A stretch of 64,000 nt of DNA, from positions 2,480,968 to 2,544,967 of the forward strand of contig CAJFCJ010000009.1 of the NCBI GenBank assembly GCA_904063045.1, in the 5' to 3' direction. The stretch's first letter is position 1; every line of letters begins with the position of its first letter. A model generated the notes under the pieces. That model made no database searches. It was not told the DNA's origin and saw nothing but the letters and a program-made list of their open reading frames with translations. Below, piece by piece: positions 41,233 through 53,794 of the stretch. The position numbers were made by a program, and so were the translations under genes. Source of the DNA: Dimorphilus gyrociliatus (Eukaryota > Animalia > Annelida).

Positions 41233-42797
41233 ATGTCTAATGTAAAAAATCTTCGTAGTCATATAAATTGTCATATACCCATTGATGAGGAATCTGTTTG
41301 GCCATGGGCGAGAAGCGGTCATCAGATGGTCTCTGACAATAATTATTCGCTGTATTTGTATGGGGGTTATAACCCTTTCTTTATGGCCTGCACAAATCCA
41401 AAATATCCTCTGTTTCCTGAATTATGGAGGTATAATACTATCACAAGAGAATGGGCTTTTCTAGAGACGGAAGGTGATGCGCCTCAACATTGTGCATCTC
41501 ATTCAATGTTTTATTATGATTGCAAATTGTGGGTGATTGGAGGAACGGGATTCCCTTTTGGTTATGGACTTAATAGTGAAATATATTGCTGTGACTTGAA
41601 AACTCTTACATGGAAAATGGTTAATTCTTCGGGAAAACGACCTATGCCTTCCTACGGTTCGGCTGTGGCCTTGGAAAAAAATAAACTTTGGCTCGTACTT
41701 GGAACCAGCGGTTATATATATCATAATAACATATGCTGTCTAAACTTGAAAACTTTTGAATGGGAGGAATATACAACAGAATTGAACGCACCTCAAACTA
41801 GGAACGTGATTCAAAATATATTCTAAGTAAAAGTTAAAATGGCTATTAAAACTGATCAATTACATTTTGTTTAGGGAAAATGTAGTATTATAAAAAATTA
41901 GCAATGTTCCCTATTTTCAGTGAAGCAATCAATCTAGAAGGTCTCCATCAAAGTATCCTAATTACACTCTAAATCATATTTCAATGATGTTTTATAGATA
42001 CTTTTATGCAAATTTATGTAAAGTAAATATTTTGATGATTAATTAATCTAAAAATATCGAATCACGTTCTTAGGTATCGTCACGAGATAGTAATTCATAA
42101 TAGTCAATTTATCTTGATTGGAGGTGGTACGAAAGAAGAAGTGTTCTCTTTGAAGTGCTTGGACGTTTTCGATTTGGAAAAAAGGAGTTGGTCGAAAGTG
42201 ATGACCATACTTGATTCTAAACACACAAAGCAGAGCTATCCACTAGAAAGGATGTGTCACTCAGTGTCAAAATGGAAAAGTAAATGCTATATACTAGGAG
42301 GCAAAAACAATACAGGAATTTTAAACGATATTTGGGAGCTAGATTTAGATACATTCTCATGGAAGCTCTTAGCATGGAGCTTAAATGTTCAAGTTAATTT
42401 TCATGCAGCATCGATGCTAAATAACGGAAGGTTATTTTGGTACGGTGGTAATCTCAGCTTACAAGAATTTTCTTCCGCCAGTTTTAAATTCGAAAAACAA
42501 AACAGAACTGCCCGCCTCTGTTCTTTATCTGTTCAACTGCCTACCTTAGAAGAACTATCGATATATGCGCTTTTTAGATACTTTCCACAATTACGACTAT
42601 TGGATCGACAAGAATTAAGATCCTTAGGAGTTCCAGTATATTTTGTTAATATTATTAAAGGACAACAAGGCTCTCCACCTCCAAAAATTTTTAATAAACT
42701 GCAAACTTTCAAATTGACAACAGAAGATTACGAAGTGAATGATTCGTTGGTTGATAAAGCAAATGATATTTTTACGAAGGCATTTGGATCATTTTAG
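41233..42797 (+). CDS. KLHDC10: Kelch domain-containing protein 10, 2 coding exons
   Basis: WARSGHQMV..LYGGYNP..YPLFPELWRY, GGTGFPFG, R|YRHEI, FHAAS and C-terminal LPTLEELSIYALFRYFPQL. The start ATG is uncertain and the intron appears non-canonical (see findings). Confidence 0.88.
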
Positions 42798-43335
42798 ATC
42801 GATAAAAGTATTCATTAAAAATAGTTTTTCATTGGTTTAATTTCTACAGTACACCAACTCTAACGCAAATTATCTCTCTTACAATCTCAAAAACACTTAC
42901 TCCCATCTAAATTCACACAGTGTTTATAAAAACATTTAGAAAAAAGAAAGAGTAAATAAGAAGAGTAAAGTTTCTTTGTCTTTCACCTGAGAAATAGAAT
43001 ATTATAGAAAAGTTTCATAGTTCATAAATTATAATTAATTTCTTAGTACCTTTAATTCTGTGTTAAAGATGTTGTTCACTCTATTCCCTTTCCTCTTTCA
43101 ATAATCTTAATAATCAATGAATAAACTTTTCGAGGAATTTTTTTTTATTTTCTTTTATCATCATTGTTTCCTTTTTTTTTAAAGAAAAAAAAGTTAACAA
43201 AAGGGTTAAGAGGCTTTATATAGATTTTATTTGAATAGTGTTGTTTGTATTTTTTTTCTTCTTTTGTATTATCAATAAGCAAATCTTGTTTAATAACAGT
43301 AAAAAAACATAGAATTTAGAATAAGTATACTTTAT

Positions 43336-46300
43336 TCAGTTGTCAGAATCGCTACTTTCTGATAGATTTACAGTGTTTATCTTCTTTGCACTTTTATTAT
43401 TCATTTTTAATAGGGCATTTTTTACTCTTCTGCTCTTGATTTTACGTTTTCTCTCCGTCATATAAACAACCGATGATGATTTTGGCATGAATGAGGTAAT
43501 TTTCAATTGATTTGAATGCTCTTCCTTTCTCCTTTTGAATACTGGAAGCAATAATTGATCGGCTTTGATAGAACTCCAACCGAGTTTTTTACTAGCGTAC
43601 CTAATTGATTTTTTTAAGGACAAAAGCCTGAATAGAAAGGAAGTTTATATAAACTTTATACAACTTACTCTTTTAACACGTCAAAGTCAGCAATCCCCCA
43701 ATGAAATTGCTCTTTACAAACATCAATCGTTGGATTCATGAAAGATTTATAAGCAACTTCGCTGGGGAAATCTGCAACAAGAATAATAACAATATAATAA
43801 TTGTAAATCTAATAACTTTCATAAAAAAAAGCCAAACAAGACAAACAAAATATATATAAATTAACTTACTATCTGGAAAATGAAACTTTTTCAGTTTTTT
43901 CTTTAACTTTGTATAGATACTATCATCGTTTGTCTTTTGAGCATTTTCCCACCATTTTCTTATAATTATAAAGTTTAAATGTAAAAGAAAAGCAGATAAT
44001 AATTTAATTTTATATATAAAATATCTACTTGAGATTAGTGAGCACTTCAAAACCAGTTCCCTCAAATTCAACTAAAATTTCCATACTCGTTACTGGGCCG
44101 ATATTTTCTATTCCTACAGAATAGTCGCAACCACTTAATAAGCCTATATTGATTAATTTCTCCCTGGTTAATGCTGTGTGAAGTGAGAGGTAGAGAGGGA
44201 AAGAGTGAGAGAGAAGCAGATTATATTTGCGTATAAAATATTTAATTGATTTATAGCTCTTACATAATGTATCATGTAAATCTTGAAACTTGTATACTTC
44301 AGCGTATTTATCGCTATTAAAGAAGTTCTTATATACAGTTTGTCCTCCAAATAGCCAGATATCACTATCATCCGTAATTGTACCCTGGATATAGGATAAT
44401 TAGAAGAATACTAATTTAAGAAAGGTAGTAGCGTCTAAAAAAAAATGATTAAATACTTACATGACTTAAACCTTCATAATCTAAGAAAGCGCATTGGGCT
44501 TCGGCTTCTCCTGGGCTATTAATATATGGTAAACTGAATAATTTTAATAATTCTTGAGCTTCAACTCTCATCTGTTCATTTAATGTTATAGCTAATCTAT
44601 CCATTTTTCCTCTTTCTTTACTCAAAAGTCTATTCTCTGCTTGTAGTTTTTCGCTTAGATCATCTAATTGTTTCTAATAATTTGTTTTCATTTAAAAGGG
44701 AATTAGAAAGAAAATAAGCTTCACCTCGGTTACTCCGTTAAATTCATTTTCATTCAATGCTTTAATAAACTGACTTCCCAATTCGGATCTTTCATCTTCA
44801 GAATCGGCTGGGATTGAATCAAGAACAATTTCAAAATCTTCGTCGTCTAAGGAATAAATATTTTTCAATAAGATTTTACTAGTCAAAAATTACAAAATGT
44901 TCGTACCGCTACTAATTGAAGTAGGACTTCCTGTGATTTTATCATCAACATCCATTTCCTTTGAATCTATCATTTTCTTCCTATCATCCGTGGACATCAT
45001 TTCCCTAATTTCCTCTATTTCCGGTAATGTACTATTCTTCTTAGAATCAGTAACCTTAACCATTTCGGTCGAAATTGAAGATGTGAAAATCTGAGAATTT
45101 TCTTGTTCCGTTGCAATAATTTGTGATGGTATAATCGCGTCGATTGTTGTTGTTGTATCATCCTTCTCTACCGGTTTCTTCTGTTTCATCATTTCGCATA
45201 CTTCCTCAACTGACTCTTTAATTTTTCCATCTTCTGTTGAAGGTTTATTAGTCTCTTCCGTAGAATCCTTATTATCATCTTTTACAGCCTCTTTACTCTC
45301 GGTTTCATTAACTTCCTTTATTTTTATTGGACCTTTCACTTCAGATGTTCCTTCAAGGGGTATTTCAACAATTCTCTTCTCCTCAGTACTTGGAATAGTA
45401 GTCATTTGTTTGACATTTTGTGAATCGCCCCCAGAGGTATCTATTCTTTTCGGTCGTGTCTTTTCAATGTTTGAAGTTTCCTCTTCCTCGATCTTCTCTA
45501 AAGCCTTTCTTCTTGTTTCCATATGTTTTTTAGCCATCTCAAAAACATCTATATTCGTATAATCTATCTTCTCGTCTTCTTTCTTCTCTTCTGGTTTACT
45601 ATTTAAACCTTTAACTAAATAAACATGACTGTCGTCCTCCGAGACAATCCTCTTGGATAAAAGTTTACTATTTCCGTATTTTTCTATGACTGCGGAACCT
45701 TGTTTATTCAACTCGTCTCTAACAAGTTCAATACGATCGTTAATTCTACTTTTCTTCTTTAAACGATCCATTTGAAAGGACGAAAAGTCTTCGGCAACGG
45801 GAGGTAATTTATCAATGGTTTTCCAACTATTCCTTTTTTCCTTCTCCTTCAATTCAATCAAAATCTCATGTTGCATATCATACGGAAGAGAGCGAAATTG
45901 CTCAGATTCCATATCAATTTGATCTAAATTCTCAACCTAACAATTTAGATATATAAAGAATCTTTTATAAGAAGAAATTAAACGCTATCATATCCACTTA
46001 CGTATTCTTGTAATGGATTATCATCACTCGAATCAGATGATTCATCAATGGTTTCTGGCATTCTACTTTCTCCTCTTAATTCAAACAGATCAGTTTCAAA
46101 ACTTGAATTTAACGATGGTAATTCAATATTATCGCCAGATTGGGATCGACTTGCAGCAATAGCATGTTGCTTTAATAGGTTTTCCAACAGTTTTTTATTT
46201 ATTTTATCTTTTCTTTCTAAGTTTTCCTCTCTTTTCTCTTTTCTTTGATTCTATTTTACACGTAAATATATACATTATAATGCATCGTTGTGAATACAAT

Positions 46301-46664
46301 AATAGGATAAGATGAGAACAGTATCATACCAAAGCAATCTTTTTTATTGTTGGAGCAGCTCCATCAAATACAAATACTGGTTTTATTCTATAATACAATA
46401 ATTTACAAATTCTATTAAAAAGTAGACTAAGATGAGCATTATGTATAGGATTTCCATCTCTATCTCTCATGCCCTTGAGAGCTTGATTTATCCAGATACT
46501 TACATCTGAAGAATGCGAATATTTTTAAATCGGTCTAACATTTTACTTATTCGTATAATGATTTATAAATATAAACCTATTGCCAATACTTTTCCGGAAA
46601 GACTCTCCAGATCTACAGCTTTTCCTGTAGCATCTATTAATTGCCAAAGACCCTGAACACCCAT
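43336..46664 (-). CDS. ERCC5: DNA repair endonuclease XPG
   Basis: [32 protein letters not shown], long acidic spacer with [24 protein letters not shown]-domain [28 protein letters not shown], and PIP-box-like QLKITSFM. Confidence 0.96.
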
Positions 46665-47244
46665 ACTGCAATTATTCTTTCTTAATATCTCTCAAATATT
46701 ATTTGCTTAAAATCCTGAAGAGACTATGAAAGCCTTTCTGTAGTAATGAAAAAGATGGATAAAGAGCGAAACAAATGATATGCTTATTTAGTTTTATTAA
46801 CTATATAAATAGTTATCAATTAAACTGTTTTTTTTTTACTATATGGAAATTAGAGAAAGTTCAAATACTGGTAAATCATAAAGCATATCATACCAGTTAG
46901 GCAAATGCAGTCAATATCATCTTTTACTATGTAGGAACTCAATTATCGAAAGGATTTCGAAATAAATAGAAATCTGTATATATCAATACATAGGTAAGAT
47001 TAAACCTTGACATTTATCTTTAAACGAAATATTCTTAAATGGTAAATATAAACTGGGAAAAAGTGAAGTTTTATAAATATCTAAGAGTGAAAAAGAGAGT
47101 TTTTTTTATTAGACGGCTAACTTTACGTTGATTCTATCTAAAAAGTTTCCAATTGATGAATTATTACGTTTATTAATATTTTTCATCATAAACATATTCA
47201 AATTTCTACAATTTTAATAACGAACAAAGAGAGAAAAGAACAAA

Positions 47245-48365
47245 ATGAAAAATAAATGTATAGTAACTATATTTGTGTTGATAATATTGAAAAATTGCTT
47301 GACAAACGAGCATTTTAAAGGCAAAACTAGAGGGAAGCAATTATATAGTTTATTGAGGAATAACGATTTAAGTCCGTTTGATGATAGACCATCAAATGTT
47401 AATGAAAAAGTTCGTAAAAAACGAGCTATTCTTGCATTAGCTACTCTCGTTGCAACGATTGCATCAGCTTTCAGTTCTATAAGTATGATGGCTATGGGAG
47501 AAAAATCAGCTCAAAGATCACTTTATAGGTTAGAATATAAAATAGAAAATAGTACTTTTACTTGGAAATTAATAGAAACCTGGTATTTTCTTTACAATTT
47601 TTTAACACATTAGTATTTCTCTACTCCCCCATTAAAAACATATAACAAACAAACAGACTATGGACTATAAAGCAAAAAGAAAATTTTATGCGTTATAGTA
47701 CTACTTATTTAAATTTAGAGGAAGAAAAGACAAGATCTCTTTTAAACGCTGATAATGGCTTGTATAAAATGAAGAATGATCCTAGAAAAAAGAGAAAGTA
47801 TAGGACTAAATATGTTTGTTTATATATTATTTTACATAGTAAAGTAGTATCTAATTATCAGATATATATTCTATATTCTCAATTATAGAATGGTACATCG
47901 AAATATGATGGAAACTTAGATAATCTGGAATATAGCGACGATATACCAGAGTATTTAAAGTATTTTGATGAATCACTACCTGATATGACTAAAAGAGAGT
48001 ATTTAAACATCATGGAAAAGGAAAAAGAGGAAATTAGCAAGGAATATGAGGAAATGGATAAATGGACGACTTTACGACCTCTTAAAGACTATCATTCTAT
48101 CGAAAATCGGTACACATATACATCTTTAAAGAAACCTATTAGAGATAATCAAATAGCTAGTAAATCTTCTCTTATTCTAATTATTTTTATTATATTTCCG
48201 TTGTTTTCTATTATTTCAATTATATCATCTTTAATCATTGTAATATCTTCGAGAAAGTACCGAAATTCTCATAGAAACTTTAATATTGGAGATACTTTAG
48301 CATCTCCTACTTCTGATTCGCTGACTTGTTCCCAAAAGTATCACTCTTCTTTATCAGCGTCTTAA
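47245..48365 (+). CDS. Orphan predicted type I membrane protein (~305 aa, 3 exons)
   Basis: Exons 47245-47528, 47657-47813 and 47889-48365 join in frame via GT-AG introns. Signal peptide, RKKR followed by a hydrophobic stretch, and a C-terminal transmembrane helix. Confidence 0.6.
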
Positions 48366-48463
48366 TCATGTGTAATAAAAAACGAATGACAAAAAATAAT
48401 TATCTTTTAATTGCTATTTCTTTATGAATAATTAATTTATCGCTTCGTTTACTCCGGAAAATT

Positions 48464-49749
48464 TTATACTGTAGCTTCTAATTCTTGTTCATTTCCGTTT
48501 TCTTTTTCAAGCATCCATCTCATCAGGTTATCTTCTGGATAGGTTACTTCCTTAAGCTCTACTCTTTTTATCCATACACTTTTTGAATTGAACGACAGGA
48601 AAACAAACGTAGTTAGCACAAATGGAAAGGCACCGAGCGGAAGTTGTCCGCTATCTTGTTTCAACCATATTGAAAGGGTTGCATGTGTGAAACAAGTCAC
48701 GATAGCATTGATTAGTGAAATAAAATAGGTTTGGGGCGTAAGATAATAAAAGAATCCTCCTGTTGCAATACAAGAAAGCACTGACGTATATCCCCATAAA
48801 CCAGACTCTATTACTCCTTGAGGAATTTCCAAAACAATGCCTAATACATAGAAAAGAACATGAATCTACTACTAAGGTGATTATGGAAAGTCTTACATGT
48901 CAGAATGCTTAAAAGAGCACCAAACACTGCTTGAAAGGCCATAATGGGTGAGGAGATAAACACTGCAACAATAACAAACCATCCAATCTTGTAATCGGAA
49001 GGCCCAAAAACTGCCGATATTGCTCTGGGTATTCCAGTGAAAATAGTATCAAACTTATAACTAACATTCGTGAAATTCGAGTGTTCCGATGACATAATTG
49101 GAATATTTTCAGCTAAAGGATTGGCTGACCCTCCTCCAGCGATCAAGATTAACATTACAGAAAAAGGAAGAGTCATAGGTGGTAAATTAACATATGATAA
49201 TATTTTACTCAATCCTGATGATATGTATATGCTAAAGAGGAGAATTTACTTATCTTAATATCAATTGTGCATATAATTATTCTATTCCAATACACACCTG
49301 ATTATTCCCACGAAAATACATAGTAAAAATATCCATTTATAATATTCAGATTTATCAATAACAAACGGTAAAAGAAGGCCAACTAAATGCCCGTTAAATG
49401 TAATTAAACCACTTGATATAGTTGAACGATCTTGTTTTGTTAATAAAGCCATCAAAATAGCTGTTAGTAAACTAATTAATCCACAAACAGCAGCGTATCG
49501 ACTGTAAATTAATAAACTGCAAAATATTAGGAAACCAGATAAAGGATTATTGACAAAAATGGGTTGACTCATGGCCCGAAATATCCAAAATGGTATTCGT
49601 AATAAAATATGCTTTTCGCTTAAATAATAATCTAGAGATGACATATTTCCCATATACTTAAACTGAAAACAGTGAAGTTGACGAAAAATTTCAAAACATT
49701 TCAATCGAGGTGTCTTTCTAATTTTAATTGATTGATTTCGTTCTTCCAT
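48464..49749 (-). CDS. SLC14A: Urea transporter (SLC14/UT family), 3 exons
   Basis: RAMSQPIFVNNPLSG, GLITFNGHLVG, LPPMTLPF, GLWGYTSVLSCIATGG, LPLGAFPF. Confidence 0.9.
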
Positions 49750-50169
49750 TTTATTTCAAAAATTTTTGACAATTTCTAATATCAGGGGAGTTGAAGACAC
49801 CACTGGTTGCTCAACAATGGCCAACTAATGAAAGGTAACACTTTTTTTCAAACATATGCAAAGAAAGCAACTCCTTGTGACTGGCCTTTGAATTCTTTTG
49901 CTCAAGTGACATAGAAAGAGTCGGCTAAAAAAATTTTTCCATTACCGATATGAAATATAATCATATACTTATGCTTTATACTTTTCTATTGAATCGATTC
50001 AATATATAAAGCATGAAGATAGCGCATATTAATATTTAATAGTATTTTCGTCCTTCTTCCAATGGAAGGATAAAAGCAGTATTTTGTTATTCATTACAAG
50101 CAACTTTTATTTTTAATGCGTAAATAATTGCAAAAAAATAAAATGATAAGTGTTTAATAATCAGATAGT

Positions 50170-51585
50170 TTAATGCCTGCTTGAAATATGCATATCGCCA
50201 CCTATTGGACAATCTCTGGTTCCCTGTCCGCTTTTTACTTGCAAACCAGCTCTTAAAACTGCACTTCTTACCAGAAGAGACTTCATTCTCCATTCGTATT
50301 CTTTGCCTACTTGAAGAGCTTTTTCAAAAGTTGTCTTTCGTTCATCAACACTTTTAGCGTACAAAATCTGATTGAATATAAAATAACATGCATGTTTAAT
50401 TCTTTCGAAAAATAGATATGCTTATAATACCTTTAATTTACTGTCTATTCTAGCATTTATTTGACCATCCAATATCAATTTCATAAGCTCATCTTCCAGA
50501 GCAGAGATAGTGGTATTGAAGGCTGCTGCCATCTTGTGCATATTGGCGCTCGTATACGGTCGGAAATATTGTTTCAAAGCTCGCTTTCTTATCTCATTGT
50601 ATAAAACGTCGACATGACGGGCAAGGTACAAGTCTAATAGCAACCCATCTTTCATCCTATCCAAGGTGCTTAGGCATTGGGCGTACTTGGAGTTATAAAA
50701 GTCGTAGAGAACTTCTCTAAGCTGAGGTTCCAACTCCAAGAAGAGTTTAAAGGAAGCAGAACTTAGGACAAGTCTTTGCAATTCCTGCCTATCGAAGGTA
50801 GCTAAAGATGTGAGGACGCCATAAACGGCTATATTGTTAGCGCTAATTAAATCAGGCATCTCAGAAAAATCAAACGAAGCTTGAAGAAAAGATTTTGCTG
50901 CCGATTTGTACTTTCCAAGACAAAGTTCAGCTAGACCGGATGCACATTTCAGGCGGGTAACGACATTTCGATGATTATCTTCTATATCACTGGTACAAGA
51001 TCCTTGGGCTTTATTAACGTAGCTGAGGACGTGAGACCAATTTTGAAGGTACACGCTCACCTTAATAACATTCATACACATATTTATAACATGCAATGAG
51101 CCGGTACAATAGTCTCTTGCTCTTGAAAAGCATTTTAGAGCATTATTCAAATCACCGCAGTCTAAGTAGTGATCCCCAAGATCATCTAGGCCTCGTCTAA
51201 TACTTTCTTTAATCGAATTAGACTTAAAGTTCTTCAAATCTGTGTCCAGCTTTTCTAATTTCAAAGCGGCTTTTTTGGTGGTCATCTCTAGCCAAACATT
51301 GTCAGTTGGGAGCGCATGTGGGGCCGACAACTCTATATGCCGTATAATTTGCTGATAAAAAATGGTATTTAAAGTTTGCATACAAGTTTGTAAGGCCGTC
51401 TTTAGAGCTTCCACGCGTAGTGGTGGACAATGTTCAGCGATAAATTGTAACCGGTACATTTTAGCCAATCCATTAAAATTTGAAATCAGTGACTCCAAGT
51501 CAATATTGGGATTTTCGACAATATGACTTTCAAAGTTCATATTGTCATTTTCCTCTGGAATAACGTCCACCTGCATGGGTTCCAT
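50170..51585 (-). CDS. COPS1: COP9 signalosome subunit 1
   Basis: [58 protein letters not shown] and a PCI domain. One coding intron (~50371-50430). Confidence 0.97.
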
Positions 51586-52160
51586 TCGTTTCTGTTTGAC
51601 AGAGAAAACACGAATTAAAGATCTAAACGAAAATTGAACTTCAACTGTGGGTAATCTTCCTAGTATTTCCGATAGATTGTTGAAAACACTATCAATGCCT
51701 TGATGAAATATCAGAATATTATTCAAGTGAGTTGGTAAATAATTCAGCAATTTAATTTAATACGAGGGTAAAGTTATACCTCCCAATGTCACACCGGAAG
51801 TGCGCTAGAAGAAAAAAAATCTTAGAGCTCCATCTAGCGGATCTCACTGAGAAAGAACAACAACTTCCTATTTGAAATAATATGCTGTATAAACTACTGT
51901 AAAGTCTTCATTGATCGTTTTGGTAAATGAGATAATATTTTACATATAAAAAAAATCAACCATAATAAAATATTGATAGAAACTAGACAGTTGTATTTAG
52001 AATATCAACCGAAGTCGACATATGATTGATAGATGATGATAACAAATCCATTTCTAAACTATAATCTGTAACTGAGTGAAACGATTCTTGACTTTCTTTC
52101 TGTAATCTTTATAATAAATTCTATATTAAATCAAGGAAAAATTAATTATATTACTTATAA

Positions 52161-52976
52161 TTACAATTGTGCAATATCATTGTCAGTTTTATCATCATTC
52201 TTCAATTTATTATCTCTAATATATTCTTCCTTTCTTCTTCCTTTTTCTATTCGTTCTTTACCAATCTCCTCCTCGAACAGAGAAGCTCTTTGATGACAAA
52301 AATAGAACTTAATAAAGATGTAAAAACGACAAAAGAAAATATGTATCGCCGAAACTAAGCAAATTCCAGTTGGAAAGAATAAGAAAACTAAGACAACTTT
52401 CTCCTTTGTTGTACATAGTCGAAAGCATTTATCTTCCATGATTAACTACGATATTCTTGTTTTTAAAAATACACAATGAACGAATTCTATATACAAATAT
52501 CGTATTACTTTTAAAGATTCATTGATGTCATCTAGTAGAGAGCATAATTTAATTATTTAACATGGAAAGTATATATATTAATATTTAAATATATGCAAAT
52601 AAATGTAGATTAGGATTATTATTTTTGTTAATAAAATTACATATAGCATTATACACAATATAGACAATATATTTCTTATATAAAAATAGATTTTGGAGGT
52701 GAAAGCTTCTGAATTGGAATAGCTCCCTTGTTCCTTTGAATGTTTACATTTTTCTTTCCTTCTTAAATATAAATAGAGTAGAAATGTTAATTTACAATAG
52801 TAGACTATATATGCTGATATGAATAGGCCCATTATAATGTTAAAGTTTGATTTATCATTTAAAATAGGAACTAGAATTGTTTCATTTCCTATATCAAATA
52901 CAACACCTGTTTCCGATGATTTTTTTTCATTTTCTTTTATTGCTATTACTCTCACTTTTTTAAAGTTGATATTCAT
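52161..52976 (-). other. Possible orphan membrane-protein gene(s) or gene remnant
   Basis: Two ORFs (132 aa and 92 aa) with hydrophobic segments followed by charged tails. No recognisable family and no convincing full model. Confidence 0.25.
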
Positions 52977-53794
52977 GTTTTAGGAAGTTCTGATTCCCAT
53001 ATTTCAGTTTTATTCTCTGTTTGTTGTTATCCATTGATTTATTATTTCTACTTTGAATCTATTTGACGTTGTAAACCTTTTTTTCCCATATTTAACAACA
53101 CTTCCAATTGAAACCTTTGACTATAATAATAACTTTGTTTTATCCAATTAATATGACTTTGAAATACATCCCTATTTTCCTAAATTAGCCTATAAATAAG
53201 GGGATTTTAATACCTTTATAATTAATATAATTACATACGAATCTAATTTAAATAGTAAAATATTTATAACCAACAATAATCTTCATATTAACTAATTTCT
53301 TTATTATATATGAATAAATTTGCATATTAAATTCACAAGTTCTCATAATTAATCTTACAATGAAAAGAACAATTGCTATTTTTATCATGGAACTATAAAT
53401 TTTAAATGTTTAGAATCACATAAATTATTTTATTTATTGAAAAATGCAACATAAAAAAGCACAAGTTTTCATAATTAGGTGCTTTTTTCTTGACATTTTG
53501 TTGAAAGAGTTGAATTAGATGTAAATTTAATTTGTTCTAAAAATGGATACACATATAAAAGGAACGTTTATAAATAATTCATATATTTGTTCAAACCTTG
53601 TGAATTTCTATTGGTAAATTCGGAAGCTGCAAACAAAAAAGATTAATGAATATGTATTTTAATTTCATAAGATTTCATTCCAGTTCATCTGGAAAGGGAG
53701 AGATCATTCTGCTTAGTTATGAATGTGGGGATATATTAACAAAAGCTCCCCAGCCCTCCCTCCTATTCTAACCCTATATTTTCTTCTGAAAAAA

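Noticed and set aside
47529-47613. Read-through YRLEYKIENSTFTWKL faintly resembling the actinoporin N-terminal strand
   Set aside because: The frame stops after a few residues, no actinoporin beta-sandwich follows, and the segment is better explained as intron 1.
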